From sequence record LC768500.1: DNA of 64,000 nt; one strand, 5' to 3'. The notes below the pieces were generated by a model. That model was not told the DNA's origin, ran no database searches, and saw only the letters and a list, made by a program, of their open reading frames with translations. The translations under genes and the position numbers were made by a program. This document shows positions 17,493-27,463 of this stretch, piece after piece; position 1 is the first letter of the stretch; each line of letters begins with the position of its first letter.

Positions 17493-17854
17493 TGGAAACC
17501 ACTCGGGATTATACGGCGAAGATCAAATGGCCTTTTGTTGTTGTGTTTAATCTCAATGATGGTCCGGAGGAAACTTCCTCCGTGATCATTAAAACCAGGA
17601 TCCCTTCTGGCGGATATAAGGAATTCCACATCTACTTAAAAGATTTAATCGACCGTGCTCGTTTAAACGTTCGAGGGTCAATCTCGGATAAAGATTTCTT
17701 AACCGATATTAGCGAGTATTTTATTTCGTCTGTTGCTTCTAAATCGGCGGATAAGAAAACCTTGGCTGAGGCCTGTCGGTCGGTTTTAGAAGGAAACGTG
17801 TTTAATCGTAAAATATTCGTTCCCTTTTACGGACTCGGGCCGAGAGAAGAATAA
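17492..17854 (+). CDS. hypothetical protein
   Basis: TAATG coupling with previous ORF. Confidence 0.7.
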   Translation: METTRDYTAKIKWPFVVVFNLNDGPEETSSVIIKTRIPSGGYKEFHIYLKDLIDRARLNVRGSISDKDFLTDISEYFISSVASKSADKKTLAEACRSVLEGNVFNRKIFVPFYGLGPREE

Positions 17855-17931
17855 TTGACATGCAGATAATTATACATCGATATCATCAGGGTGTATAAAC
17901 AAATGAATATTTTATTTATAAGGAATCTATT

Positions 17932-18057
17932 ATGTCGATCATCGCCTCTATCGCTATCGTTGTTATTATCACCGCAGTAGTTTACACTCTCACCAAAGAT
18001 GCCGTGGAAGAAATCTTCCCGGCTCGTAAAGAAATGGCTGTTCGTAACAAACGTTAA
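17932..18057 (+). CDS. small single-pass membrane protein (41 aa), absent from the ORF track
   Basis: MSIIASIAIVVIITAVVYTLTKDAVEEIFPARKEMAVRNKR; SD AAGGA, optimal codons, followed by a hairpin. Confidence 0.8.
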   Translation: MSIIASIAIVVIITAVVYTLTKDAVEEIFPARKEMAVRNKR

Positions 18058-18067
18058 TTTATTGTTA

Positions 18068-18089
18068 CTCCCCTCCTTTCGGAGGGGAG
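18068..18089 (+). terminator. hairpin, probable terminator
   Basis: CTCCCCTCC-TTTC-GGAGGGGAG; T-run ~15 nt downstream. Confidence 0.6.
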
Positions 18090-18113
18090 CCTAACCATGA
18101 TTATTTTTTTTTC

Positions 18114-18521
18114 ATGAGGTTCATGATGACCGGATTTTGCGTTGCAACAATGTCGACGTTGGGCTTTATAGCCGATGACGTTAAACTCGCTATGGACAGA
18201 CATCTCACTTATTGGTTTGCATCCAGACGCGATCAAAATAAGTTAATAGGTGAAGTCGATTCCTTTGAATATCTTTTGATGACCTATCAAGGTAATCGGA
18301 GCGCTTTGGTCAGTAATGTCGAAAGCTCACTCAGGACTTACTTCCAGCAGATTTTCAGTACTGTAGAAGTTCAAGTGTCAGATTCCGATATGCCGGGTGA
18401 AACAGAAAACTTTACACTGGTCATGGCGCTTAGGGTGACACACGAAGGTGTCCCTTATGACCTTCAAAATGCCGTTATCGTATCCGGCGCTTCTTATACT
18501 CTTCTTCCGAGAGGTAACTAA
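18114..18521 (+). CDS. conserved hypothetical protein
   Basis: 135-aa ORF upstream of nuclease operon. Confidence 0.7.
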   Translation: MRFMMTGFCVATMSTLGFIADDVKLAMDRHLTYWFASRRDQNKLIGEVDSFEYLLMTYQGNRSALVSNVESSLRTYFQQIFSTVEVQVSDSDMPGETENFTLVMALRVTHEGVPYDLQNAVIVSGASYTLLPRGN

Positions 18522-18523
18522 CA

Positions 18524-19285
18524 ATGTCCGACAAAATGCCATCCGAACACTACGCGCTTAAATTCTTAGAGGGCGGTGTCCCTAAAGTTATCAATGGTAA
18601 ACGCTACCTGGAAATGAACGGCGAACTGGTGAACGTCGCCACTTCTATTTCAGAGGCGACCTTCGTCAGAGATTGGCTTCTCGGATTCTCGTTAGGTTAT
18701 GTCGGCGAGAAGTCTTATTTTGATTTTGCACGGTGGATGGAAATTAGTAACGAAGGACGTTCGGCTGTTATCGTCCATGATAACGAAGACGAAAATAAAC
18801 CTATCTTTGTTGTTCCTCCTCTGACCGATACGAAAATGACGGCTCAGGAAATGGAAGTTCTTCAGGTAGCCGCTGGCGTGATGAGCAATGCTTATGGCGC
18901 GCAATTCGGCGGATCGACCAGCAGAAGTACCGAAATACTTTTACAGGGTCTGTCCATTATCCAAAAAGGTCTGCAGTCTGGCGAATACACCATAACTGAT
19001 CTCGTCCCACCCTTCATCTATGAAAAATACTCGATCAATCCTCGAGTATTTAAAAAGATGATGCATTGTAAAAATACCTTTGGGTTGGATACCAATGATG
19101 AGAGCTGGAAAGTTCTAGAAGCTTGTTTCAGAGTTATTGACGAAGGCAAAGTGTTAAAACAACAGCAGTACGACTTCTTAATGGCGATCACGCAAAATAC
19201 AGCAATCGTCCCTGATCAATGTAAACCTGACAGTAAAAATAAACAGGAAGATCAATTTACAGAGATCAACCCATTTGAGTGTTAA
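18524..19285 (+). CDS. hypothetical protein
   Basis: 253-aa ORF, SD GAGGT. Confidence 0.75.
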   Translation: MSDKMPSEHYALKFLEGGVPKVINGKRYLEMNGELVNVATSISEATFVRDWLLGFSLGYVGEKSYFDFARWMEISNEGRSAVIVHDNEDENKPIFVVPPLTDTKMTAQEMEVLQVAAGVMSNAYGAQFGGSTSRSTEILLQGLSIIQKGLQSGEYTITDLVPPFIYEKYSINPRVFKKMMHCKNTFGLDTNDESWKVLEACFRVIDEGKVLKQQQYDFLMAITQNTAIVPDQCKPDSKNKQEDQFTEINPFEC

Positions 19286-19287
19286 GC

Positions 19288-20418
19288 ATGATTAATTCCC
19301 CCAAGAAAATTAGGATGTTGTGGTCAAGTGATCATCACACACTTCATGAAGGAACCCCCACAGTTCACATCTTAAGTAACCTGGGGGAATTCTTTTATAA
19401 GTACAACTCCCTGGCAGAAACAGACATCGTTGTTTTTGGCGGTGATTTTTTTCATAAGTTAGTCGATGCTTCTAACAGCTCGATGCGTTTATGTGAATAT
19501 TGGATTAATAAATTTTTAATCCGGTGTGCTGAAAATAACGTTGTGGTGAGGGTACTGGAAGGGACGAGTTCCCACGATTGGGAACAGCCGGAAATATTTC
19601 AGATACTGAGCCCGGATAACCTTGATTTAAAGTGGGTTAAAGAGCTAAGCATCGAACGTATTGAAAAACTGGACATGACCGTTCTTTACGTTCCGGATAA
19701 CATGGGAGGTAAGAAGCCCGAGGTTATTTGGGATGAGGTCATCGATCTTCTAACTAAGCATAACCTGGAGAAGGTAGATTTTATCTTTTTCCACGGATCG
19801 TTTAAATACCAATTAGACGAACGTTTCAGTAAACACAGTCACGATGAAAAATTGTGGTCGACGATTGTTAACTATTATATCTTTGCCGGACATATCCACA
19901 AACCCTCGGAATGTGGGCCGATCAGATGTTCAGGATCCTTCGATAGAACAGGTCATTCGGAGGAGCATCCTAAAGGCGGATATATTGTTGATTACTTCCC
20001 AGAAGATAAGAAGTGCACCGCCACCTTTTATGAGAATAAAAAGGCGCTGCCTTATATCACCCTGAGAATTACACCGGAAACAACAACAGAAGAACTAAAT
20101 GATAAGCTTGGGTTCCTAATGGATAAGCGATACCCCAAAGCCAGTCATTTTTGGATCAGAGGAGGGAATCCTCTCGTCGTTAATCCGATCATTCAGTTCT
20201 TCAAACAACAATATCCTCAGTATGACTTTAAGAAAGAAAACGTTGTTACTCATGAAGCAGTAATTGACGATGAGCTTTATACTGAAGATCTTTATTCTGG
20301 TATAACGTTAACGAAAGATAACATCATCCCTTCTCTAATGGGCTATTTGAATAAGAAGATTTTGTTAGTGGATGAAGAGTTAGATTCCCTAACAAAAACA
20401 ATGGAGGAGTTTATCTAA
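19288..20418 (+). CDS. sbcD: SbcD/Mre11-like metallophosphoesterase nuclease
   Basis: Motifs SDHH, GGDFF, GTSSHD, FHG, AGHIH. Confidence 0.88.
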   Translation: MINSPKKIRMLWSSDHHTLHEGTPTVHILSNLGEFFYKYNSLAETDIVVFGGDFFHKLVDASNSSMRLCEYWINKFLIRCAENNVVVRVLEGTSSHDWEQPEIFQILSPDNLDLKWVKELSIERIEKLDMTVLYVPDNMGGKKPEVIWDEVIDLLTKHNLEKVDFIFFHGSFKYQLDERFSKHSHDEKLWSTIVNYYIFAGHIHKPSECGPIRCSGSFDRTGHSEEHPKGGYIVDYFPEDKKCTATFYENKKALPYITLRITPETTTEELNDKLGFLMDKRYPKASHFWIRGGNPLVVNPIIQFFKQQYPQYDFKKENVVTHEAVIDDELYTEDLYSGITLTKDNIIPSLMGYLNKKILLVDEELDSLTKTMEEFI

Positions 20419-21218
20419 TGAGGGCGTTAGGGGCGTTAAATATCTCGGTAGGGACGTCTTTAGCATTCGAAGGGGCGGCTAAAATACAGTTGCTCCAATC
20501 GGACTCCTTACTTATCAATCTACGGACGATAGCACGTAATGCCAGGGAGGCTTACGATAAAGATGATTCCGACGGAAAGGATGTCGATCTTCTTACAGCA
20601 GCGGCAAGCGATGATTTGATAGGTCTTATTAAAACCGTTCAGGGATGGATGGGGCAAAAAACGATCAATCTTATCGTTTATCTTCCTTCTTACAGATCGC
20701 TCCCTAAGATTTTTAAAAGGGCGAATCTCTGGGAACCGACAACGGATATCCAGAAAGAAAAAGATAGACTTGATACCGCCATACTGAACAATTTAAAAAA
20801 ACGGTTCGGGGCTAACATTAAAGAGACGGATGTCAACCTTCCTGAATTTATAGGGAATGGTTTGATTTTAACGCATCACCCCATCGATCTTGTTATGACA
20901 GGAAGCGGGACAAGGTTGCGTTTAATCGAATCCTATACTGGGACTTTGAAAGGACATTCTCAGTGGTACACGAAATTTTCCGGTGGGGAAAAATTGTTCA
21001 ATATTCCCCTAAACAAATTAACCATTCAGATATTCGGGGATGGTCCGGTTAATTTTAAATCGGAAAAAAGTCATAAACTTAAAGACCTAATAAAAGATAT
21101 CGCTATTAAAGGTAAATGGACTTCAGTGACCACCCTGGATGGTGTGAGATCAAGTATTAACGCTCACGCCAAAGGATTTGATCGAGATGGATTATTAATA
21201 CTTTTAAACGGCGGGTAG
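20418..21218 (+). CDS. conserved hypothetical protein (phiKZ gp66-like by synteny)
   Basis: 266-aa ORF coupled to nuclease gene. Confidence 0.65.
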   Translation: MRALGALNISVGTSLAFEGAAKIQLLQSDSLLINLRTIARNAREAYDKDDSDGKDVDLLTAAASDDLIGLIKTVQGWMGQKTINLIVYLPSYRSLPKIFKRANLWEPTTDIQKEKDRLDTAILNNLKKRFGANIKETDVNLPEFIGNGLILTHHPIDLVMTGSGTRLRLIESYTGTLKGHSQWYTKFSGGEKLFNIPLNKLTIQIFGDGPVNFKSEKSHKLKDLIKDIAIKGKWTSVTTLDGVRSSINAHAKGFDRDGLLILLNGG

Positions 21219-21258
21219 CTTTATATTAGCACAAACCCAATTTCAAAGGATTTACGTC

Positions 21259-22008
21259 ATGAGTGATTTCAACAACGGTAACAACGGTAACTCCCGTCCC
21301 AAAACTCCACTGAACGATTATCGCTACCCACATCCTAAAACCAAAGAGCCTCTTCCTGGTGGTAAATACCCGGCGCAAATGTACTGGGAGCTGACTGCCG
21401 CCGGCAAGATCGTTTTCAAAGTGCAGGATGGTGTGTTCGGCGGTGGCGATAACGCGTACAAGAAAAAAGAAATTGAAATGATCGCGTTCGAACGCAATGC
21501 CATTTTCCAGCTTCTCAGAGAAGCGGCGACCGATCCTAATTTCACCAAATCCCAATACACGGTTCGTGATCGTCAATTCATTCGTGAAGGTGGTCAGTCT
21601 AAGATGTCTGACAACCCGATGACCATCGGTGTGTTCACAGTCATCCGCGATTCGAACGGTGTTGTTCAGCTCGGATTCAGCAAGTCTGATTTCAAAGCTC
21701 TGTTCGTTTTCGACAATGCCCGCGAATCCACTCTGGTCGATTTTGTCGATGGCGAATTCAAACCGGCTCACGGTCGCATGAGTCGTCTGTACGTTCTCGG
21801 GTATCTTTCGGCCGTGGAAGGTTGGCTTAACGCTGCTGAGTTCTCTCGCTATCAGCCACCTAAACCTAAAAATGGTGGTAATGGTAACGGTGGCGGCGGT
21901 GGCTGGAACAACAATAACGGCGGCAACCGTGGTAACGGCGGTGGTAACAGTTGGGGCGGCGGCGGTAATGCGCCGGTCGATGACTTCGCGGAAGACATTC
22001 CGTTCTAA
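21259..22008 (+). CDS. chmC: ChmC-like ssDNA/RNA-binding protein with Gly/Asn-rich linker and SSB-like DIPF tail
   Basis: Directly upstream of the gp68-like and PicA-like genes; low-complexity C-terminus ending DDFAEDIPF. Confidence 0.65.
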   Translation: MSDFNNGNNGNSRPKTPLNDYRYPHPKTKEPLPGGKYPAQMYWELTAAGKIVFKVQDGVFGGGDNAYKKKEIEMIAFERNAIFQLLREAATDPNFTKSQYTVRDRQFIREGGQSKMSDNPMTIGVFTVIRDSNGVVQLGFSKSDFKALFVFDNARESTLVDFVDGEFKPAHGRMSRLYVLGYLSAVEGWLNAAEFSRYQPPKPKNGGNGNGGGGGWNNNNGGNRGNGGGNSWGGGGNAPVDDFAEDIPF

Positions 22009-22022
22009 ACACAAAGATACTC

Positions 22023-22048
22023 TCTCCTACTCCCTAGGGAGTAGGAGA
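22023..22048. terminator. hairpin, CTCCTAC family
   Basis: TCTCCTACTCCC/GGGAGTAGGAGA. Confidence 0.75.
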
Positions 22049-22126
22049 TTACTTTTCGTTATAATTTTTTAGCACTATATTATTTTACAGTAAACCCCGG
22101 CTAAAAAAATTATTGGGAGTAACAAC

Positions 22127-23713
22127 GTGGAATTTAAACTCAGTTTAAAACAGAGCGGGAAAAGTCCATTTGCTGGAGTTATTGCGCAATATGGCGAAAG
22201 TGTTATCGAGTTCAAAGGCAGTGGCAGATTAAATTGTGGTACGATTTACGATGATCTTTTCTTTTCTTTTAACGAATACGTCGGGCATTTAGAAGAAAAG
22301 AATAAAGCCCGTTTATGGGAACTGATGGTTGCGGGTAAGACCATTTTGGATCCTTCTTATTTCGACATTGATAACGTCGACGAAGAACTGATGTTGAACA
22401 ACCGGGATTATAATTTCCTCGTTAAGAAACTCAAGCCCATCGTCGCTGAAATCTTCGATGTGTTGAAAATGAAGAACTATGAGTACTTCATGGAACAGTC
22501 CGGGTATATCGATCCGCCTAAAGATCTTACCTCGATGTCTGGTCTTGGGGAGTATCCCGCTGAGACAACTATCACCGCCGAAGATTATCGTAATCTGGCA
22601 GCGTTGGTTTTAGGTTTACGCGGCCCACTGCCCATCATCACCGAGATGATTTATAAAGTCGAGAGTATCGCCGGTAAAGCATATAAGGAAGTCGTAGCTG
22701 GGGATCTGATAAACGATATCGAGTGGGTCAAGCAACACGTCGGCTGGAATCGTTTAAACGAGTATATCTCTTTTACTTATAGCGCGAAGGGAAGGGGTCC
22801 TAATGGACTGAGAATCGATATTGTCAGTGACGATCGGTTCACTACTCATGTCGTCTATAAGGCGTTGTTCGGGCGTTTATGTTTAAGTCACGTACCCAGC
22901 AAAGATCCACGAAAGAATTTGGTTAAATCGCTTTATTCCATCGTCAACCAATCCGACAAAGTCCCGAGTAGTGTAAGGGAGAAGAAAGGGGGAGGGAAAG
23001 ATGAGAGTAACGATAGAAGGAGTTCTTACGAGATCTATCAGTTACGAGAAGAAGTGAACGCAACCGATGAAGCGGCTGTGGCCGAGTTCTTTACGTTCGG
23101 TATGTTTGATGAAGATGACAATCCGATTTATAAAGATCGATTCGTACATCAGTGTAACGGTTTGAACATAGCTGATCCTAACAAAGCAGAAATTCTACAT
23201 GATCTTCTGCCGGATAACTGGGATTATGAACCGAGACAGCATATCGTTAAATTATGTCAGATGGCTTTCTCTGACGACATTCCCTTTAACATTTATTATG
23301 CGTTGGATTATCATCAATTGATGTCGGCCATTGTTTTGGCTCAGTTAAAGTTGCATCAAATGGGATATCCTCACCTCGCGGTATTGTTAACGTCGGTTGA
23401 GGATCCTGAAGGTGAGCGAATTAACGCAGACGTAATCTTCTCTTTAAACCAAACAGAACGTCAACGTATCGAATCGTTATGTGATGTAGTTAAAGGAGAC
23501 GGCGCCACATCAACTAATAACGAAGCAGTATCAGCGGCACTTGAGTTCTTTAAGGAACTCGGTAACAGTGCATGGCAGTCAACCATAGAGCTTGGTCTTA
23601 TCGATGACGATAAAGCTTTAGAAAGTGCACCACGTGGTTTTTTATACGAAGTCAATTTGGATATTCAGATTAAAGAAGAGTTCATTCGTCTTTATGAAGA
23701 AATCAACAGCTAA
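22127..23713 (+). CDS. nvRNAP promoter-specificity (sigma-like) subunit, phiKZ gp68-like
   Basis: 528 aa, synteny; GTG with GGGAG SD. Confidence 0.7.
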   Translation: MEFKLSLKQSGKSPFAGVIAQYGESVIEFKGSGRLNCGTIYDDLFFSFNEYVGHLEEKNKARLWELMVAGKTILDPSYFDIDNVDEELMLNNRDYNFLVKKLKPIVAEIFDVLKMKNYEYFMEQSGYIDPPKDLTSMSGLGEYPAETTITAEDYRNLAALVLGLRGPLPIITEMIYKVESIAGKAYKEVVAGDLINDIEWVKQHVGWNRLNEYISFTYSAKGRGPNGLRIDIVSDDRFTTHVVYKALFGRLCLSHVPSKDPRKNLVKSLYSIVNQSDKVPSSVREKKGGGKDESNDRRSSYEIYQLREEVNATDEAAVAEFFTFGMFDEDDNPIYKDRFVHQCNGLNIADPNKAEILHDLLPDNWDYEPRQHIVKLCQMAFSDDIPFNIYYALDYHQLMSAIVLAQLKLHQMGYPHLAVLLTSVEDPEGERINADVIFSLNQTERQRIESLCDVVKGDGATSTNNEAVSAALEFFKELGNSAWQSTIELGLIDDDKALESAPRGFLYEVNLDIQIKEEFIRLYEEINS

Positions 23714-23746
23714 CATCCCCCATTAATCTTTTTAGGAATAATCATC

Positions 23747-25219
23747 ATGTCTACTGAAGGCAAAATCTATCTGGTCCGTGCGCGTTTTGGTTTGGCGAAC
23801 ATCTATCAAAATCAGGTGAATAGAACACAGAGCATGAGTATCAACTCCCAAGATGTCGATCTGCTCAACGTTTCAAAAATTAATGGTCGGGTTAGCCAGA
23901 ACACATTGCACGAAATCGGCGTGCGGACAGGTGGAGTGTCCACTCAAGCCGACGGTTACGCGTTTATCGAAGATGGCTGGGATGCACCCCGTCGTGGTCT
24001 GGCGATGCTTGAATTCGAAATTGAATCAGCAATGAACGTCGAAGAAAAACTTCATATCCTCGGTTATTTAGCTGGCGGTAGTGCGTCTGTTGATGAAGGT
24101 GTTCCGGAAGACGTTATGTTTGTCCCGGTGCGTAATTGGGTGGTTAACAAAACCATGCAAATGTTACACACCGGCATGATGAAATCCACAAGTAATTTGA
24201 CAAGTGCGTCTCAGGTCCTTTTAAACAACCCGATGTCTTCAGGTGGCTCGTTCGCTATTCGTCCTCTGGATATTGTTGACGGCGCCTCAGGTATGGTCGC
24301 TGATGACGTCCAGGACCAATCGATGAATGGCGGGATGGAATCCCAGTATGTCGGAACCAGTAACTCCATCCTTCAGCATACTGGCGCTGCTTACTCTAAA
24401 GCCAAAAACCAATCTCCGGGGGAATATGCGAAACAATTGCTCAAGTCGAGTTTACGAGCCGGGTCCTCTATGGAGACTTCTCGTGATCCGTATGGATCCA
24501 TGGGTGATGCATGCATGGACCCTGGTCTGAGCGAGACGGCCCTGCATCGAGACCCGTTCTTTAAAACCATGCGTCATGCGTTAGGCATGGGTCAGATGCA
24601 AGGATTCCAAGGTTTCTCCGTGGGTCAGATCGCATACGTCTTTGAGAATCTTCCTGACGTTATGGACCTCAGTACGTGTGACGACAATCGTTTCCAGATA
24701 GAGGACCATCGACTGACGACGAATGAACTGGGGTCGTCTAACTATAACGAAATCATCGGCAATGAGTTGAGTAGCCTGGCGCAGTATATCCTCGTTGAAT
24801 CAGAGTTGGGTTATCTGGACATCGTAGCAACTAACAATGTCCAGAATTCCGTCGATAGCATCAATGGAATGCCGGTAGGTTTCATTGTGGGGGAATCCGG
24901 GCTATTGGTTGATGGACTGGAAGGTTCTTTGGAGGAACGTGTAGAGAAAGCAAAAGAGCTCTTCTTGAGCCATTTCTTCTTGAAGTACGCTACTCCGTAT
25001 CTGCACGACCGCACTTTGATCAGCTTCCGTATGACGATGCGTCTCTTCGGCGAAACCGTTATCGAGATCTTCACTAATGGTGATGAAAGCAACAAACGCC
25101 GTATCGCTTTCCCGACCTTCTCGACTAACCGAACCGACCTGACTCTGGCGTCTATGGAATCCGCGGTTAATACCGGGACGACTTTCTTCCGTAACCTGAA
25201 AGACTATTTTAACTTTTAA
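23747..25219 (+). CDS. picA: PicA/Imp1-like nuclear import factor (phiKZ gp69-like)
   Basis: 490 aa, position after gp68-like gene; assignment rests on synteny. Confidence 0.65.
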   Translation: MSTEGKIYLVRARFGLANIYQNQVNRTQSMSINSQDVDLLNVSKINGRVSQNTLHEIGVRTGGVSTQADGYAFIEDGWDAPRRGLAMLEFEIESAMNVEEKLHILGYLAGGSASVDEGVPEDVMFVPVRNWVVNKTMQMLHTGMMKSTSNLTSASQVLLNNPMSSGGSFAIRPLDIVDGASGMVADDVQDQSMNGGMESQYVGTSNSILQHTGAAYSKAKNQSPGEYAKQLLKSSLRAGSSMETSRDPYGSMGDACMDPGLSETALHRDPFFKTMRHALGMGQMQGFQGFSVGQIAYVFENLPDVMDLSTCDDNRFQIEDHRLTTNELGSSNYNEIIGNELSSLAQYILVESELGYLDIVATNNVQNSVDSINGMPVGFIVGESGLLVDGLEGSLEERVEKAKELFLSHFFLKYATPYLHDRTLISFRMTMRLFGETVIEIFTNGDESNKRRIAFPTFSTNRTDLTLASMESAVNTGTTFFRNLKDYFNF

Positions 25220-25234
25220 TAGGAACGTTTAATA

Positions 25235-26623
25235 ATGAATAACCTGAACAAACTTTATCTGTCCATGCTGGAAGCTTGGGGTGCTAAAATGGAACCCGAT
25301 TACAGCCTGGTTATGGTTCTGGATGGAGAGAAGTACCCTATTAAGGTTGATGGAATGAATGTCTATCTTCCGGTAGACGCCGTTCTGGACGGTAACACCA
25401 TGGATAAAGTTTTCTTCCATCCGGCTTGCGAAAGTATTATCAGCCGTGAAACCGAGATCTTTAAAGTCATTCGTAAACTGACCGGGATGAAACTTCTTGA
25501 TACCTTTAAGAAGCTTCCCCTGGTTCTGTTCAATATTGCATCAAAACGTTCCAACAAAAACCTGCGCAGTGATCTGGTCGATATCATCGATCCGTTACGC
25601 GATGTCAAAGAAGCAACGCGTAAAGAAGTGATCAATCTGTTTGAACAAATGCGCGTCGATCTCGAAGAGAACGCAACTGTCGATAATCGTTTCATTCATT
25701 TCCAAACGACCCGTGGCGGCCGTAGTAAAGTAGGTGGGGAAAAGATTTGTTATAAAGCTAAACCCATTTTCCCTTTCTATTCGGAAATGTCTAAAAAGCT
25801 GAATCGCAGCGAAGGTCTTCCGGACAATCAATCCGTTGATGTTAACGGATGTCAGATTAGTGTGGGTGGGCTCCGAATCGCCGTGGGTATCTTTAAAGCG
25901 GTGTTCCCGGAAATCGATACACCGGACTTCTACGAGTTCGAATATCATCATCCGGATGCCGCTCGTCTCTGCGCGTTCTCTGGGGCGTATGTCAACGTGG
26001 CTGAATCCATCAACTCTCTGCAGAACTCGTTCCGTACTGAGTTCGATAAGGTTGGGGTGTATGGGTTGGAAGTGGGCTTCTTTGAGAAGATGGATAATAT
26101 CTCCGAATTCTACAAACAAGTTCCTGCCATGAACTATAACTCCCAGAATACGGTGGCGGATAGTTCATCAGGTAAATCACATTTGATCGACCAGGTGATC
26201 AACACTCAGTCGGTGATTAACCAGAATCAGCCGCAGCAGAACCCCCAACAACATATCGGTGGCGACAGCAACAACGGGTTCCGTTCTGTTGTAGAAGCCA
26301 GTATGCAGCCTGGTGAAGTTTATCAGGGTTGGTATTACGACCAGAACACATCGTTCTATATCCACACCACGATGTCTACTGCCGGTCAGGTAAGCTATCG
26401 GATAACTCGCGCCGGTAACTTACTCAGCCGAGAATATAACGGAGTGCCTCAGCAGCAAGGGATGTATCCGGGATACGGTCAGTATTATCAGCAGCAGTAT
26501 ATGCAACCTATCGCTTACGCTAACGTAGGTGCGCCTCAGCAACAATATGTGGTGGCGACTCCTCAGATGCAGCCGTCGGTTGTGAACACTGGTTATCAGC
26601 AGCCGTCCATTGTGACTTTCTAA
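25235..26623 (+). CDS. conserved protein (phiKZ gp70-like) with Q/Y-rich low-complexity tail
   Basis: 462 aa, synteny; QQQGMYPGYGQYYQQQY tail. Confidence 0.65.
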   Translation: MNNLNKLYLSMLEAWGAKMEPDYSLVMVLDGEKYPIKVDGMNVYLPVDAVLDGNTMDKVFFHPACESIISRETEIFKVIRKLTGMKLLDTFKKLPLVLFNIASKRSNKNLRSDLVDIIDPLRDVKEATRKEVINLFEQMRVDLEENATVDNRFIHFQTTRGGRSKVGGEKICYKAKPIFPFYSEMSKKLNRSEGLPDNQSVDVNGCQISVGGLRIAVGIFKAVFPEIDTPDFYEFEYHHPDAARLCAFSGAYVNVAESINSLQNSFRTEFDKVGVYGLEVGFFEKMDNISEFYKQVPAMNYNSQNTVADSSSGKSHLIDQVINTQSVINQNQPQQNPQQHIGGDSNNGFRSVVEASMQPGEVYQGWYYDQNTSFYIHTTMSTAGQVSYRITRAGNLLSREYNGVPQQQGMYPGYGQYYQQQYMQPIAYANVGAPQQQYVVATPQMQPSVVNTGYQQPSIVTF

Positions 26624-26634
26624 CTTAACCTGTG

Positions 26635-26669
26635 TAGTGAATGGGGATTTCCCCATTCACTATTTTTTT
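26635..26669 (+). terminator. intrinsic terminator
   Basis: TAGTGAATGGGGA/TCCCCATTCACTA plus T-run. Confidence 0.8.
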
Positions 26670-26679
26670 GGGATAAAAT

Positions 26680-27030
26680 ATGCGATCTGTCGTTTTAACT
26701 AAAGATTATTTGCTTTACTGGGAAAAACAAAACCGCATTACGGTCAGAAATATTGTAAAACTCCTCAACGTTAAACCAGTTTACGGGGAGCTTTTATCTG
26801 ATCTTCATGCCAGAGTGGATTCAGAAAGACTCACCGTTGAATTTCGTAACGTCGTGGCGAAGTTTGAAAGATTTAAACTAACCCCCCAATTGAATATTGA
26901 AGCGGACGTTTCTTTCATGGGAAGCTTAAAAGAAAACACGCCTCCCTCCTCCGACGTGGTTTACCACGCCAGAGGATTTTTAATGGGAGACCGTTTAAAT
27001 GTTGTTGCTATTGACGTTTCGTTGAAATAA
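26680..27030 (+). CDS. hypothetical protein
   Basis: 116-aa ORF filling the gap. Confidence 0.6.
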   Translation: MRSVVLTKDYLLYWEKQNRITVRNIVKLLNVKPVYGELLSDLHARVDSERLTVEFRNVVAKFERFKLTPQLNIEADVSFMGSLKENTPPSSDVVYHARGFLMGDRLNVVAIDVSLK

Positions 27031-27064
27031 ATTAAAACTACACATTGTATCTTAAGCGACTATG

Positions 27065-27388
27065 CTAACTTAACCTCTGAGTGTTGGCTTTGGAAATTAA
27101 GTTATCGACGATTTGCTGGTCGACATAAAGAAACGTGGTCATTCCACTAACATCTTGACTCGGATCCGTGATTTTATTTAAAAAACAAGTTATCCATCTC
27201 ATTTCAATGGGTATATTGTGTGCTCTCAAAACACGACTAAAATCGTACTTGTGTGCATTAAGAAAACTTCTATCGGAGATAACCTGGGTCTTAGCCATGG
27301 AAGTTAAATAATCAATGTTGCTGCGTAATAAGACCTTGGTATCCTCGGAGAAGTAAACGTCATCAACGGTGACAAAATTACTGAACAT
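27065..27388 (-). CDS. hypothetical protein
   Basis: SD AAGGAG upstream on minus strand. Confidence 0.7.
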   Translation of the reverse strand: MFSNFVTVDDVYFSEDTKVLLRSNIDYLTSMAKTQVISDRSFLNAHKYDFSRVLRAHNIPIEMRWITCFLNKITDPSQDVSGMTTFLYVDQQIVDNLISKANTQRLS

Positions 27389-27463
27389 AAGCTAACTCCT
27401 TTAAGACCTATATCATCGCGATGTACCACAACTTTAGGAATAACAACGATAGAGGCACATTTC

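Noticed and set aside
17855-17885. TTGACA as a host sigma70 promoter
   Set aside because: No acceptable -10 at 16-18 nt spacing; these phages use their own RNAPs
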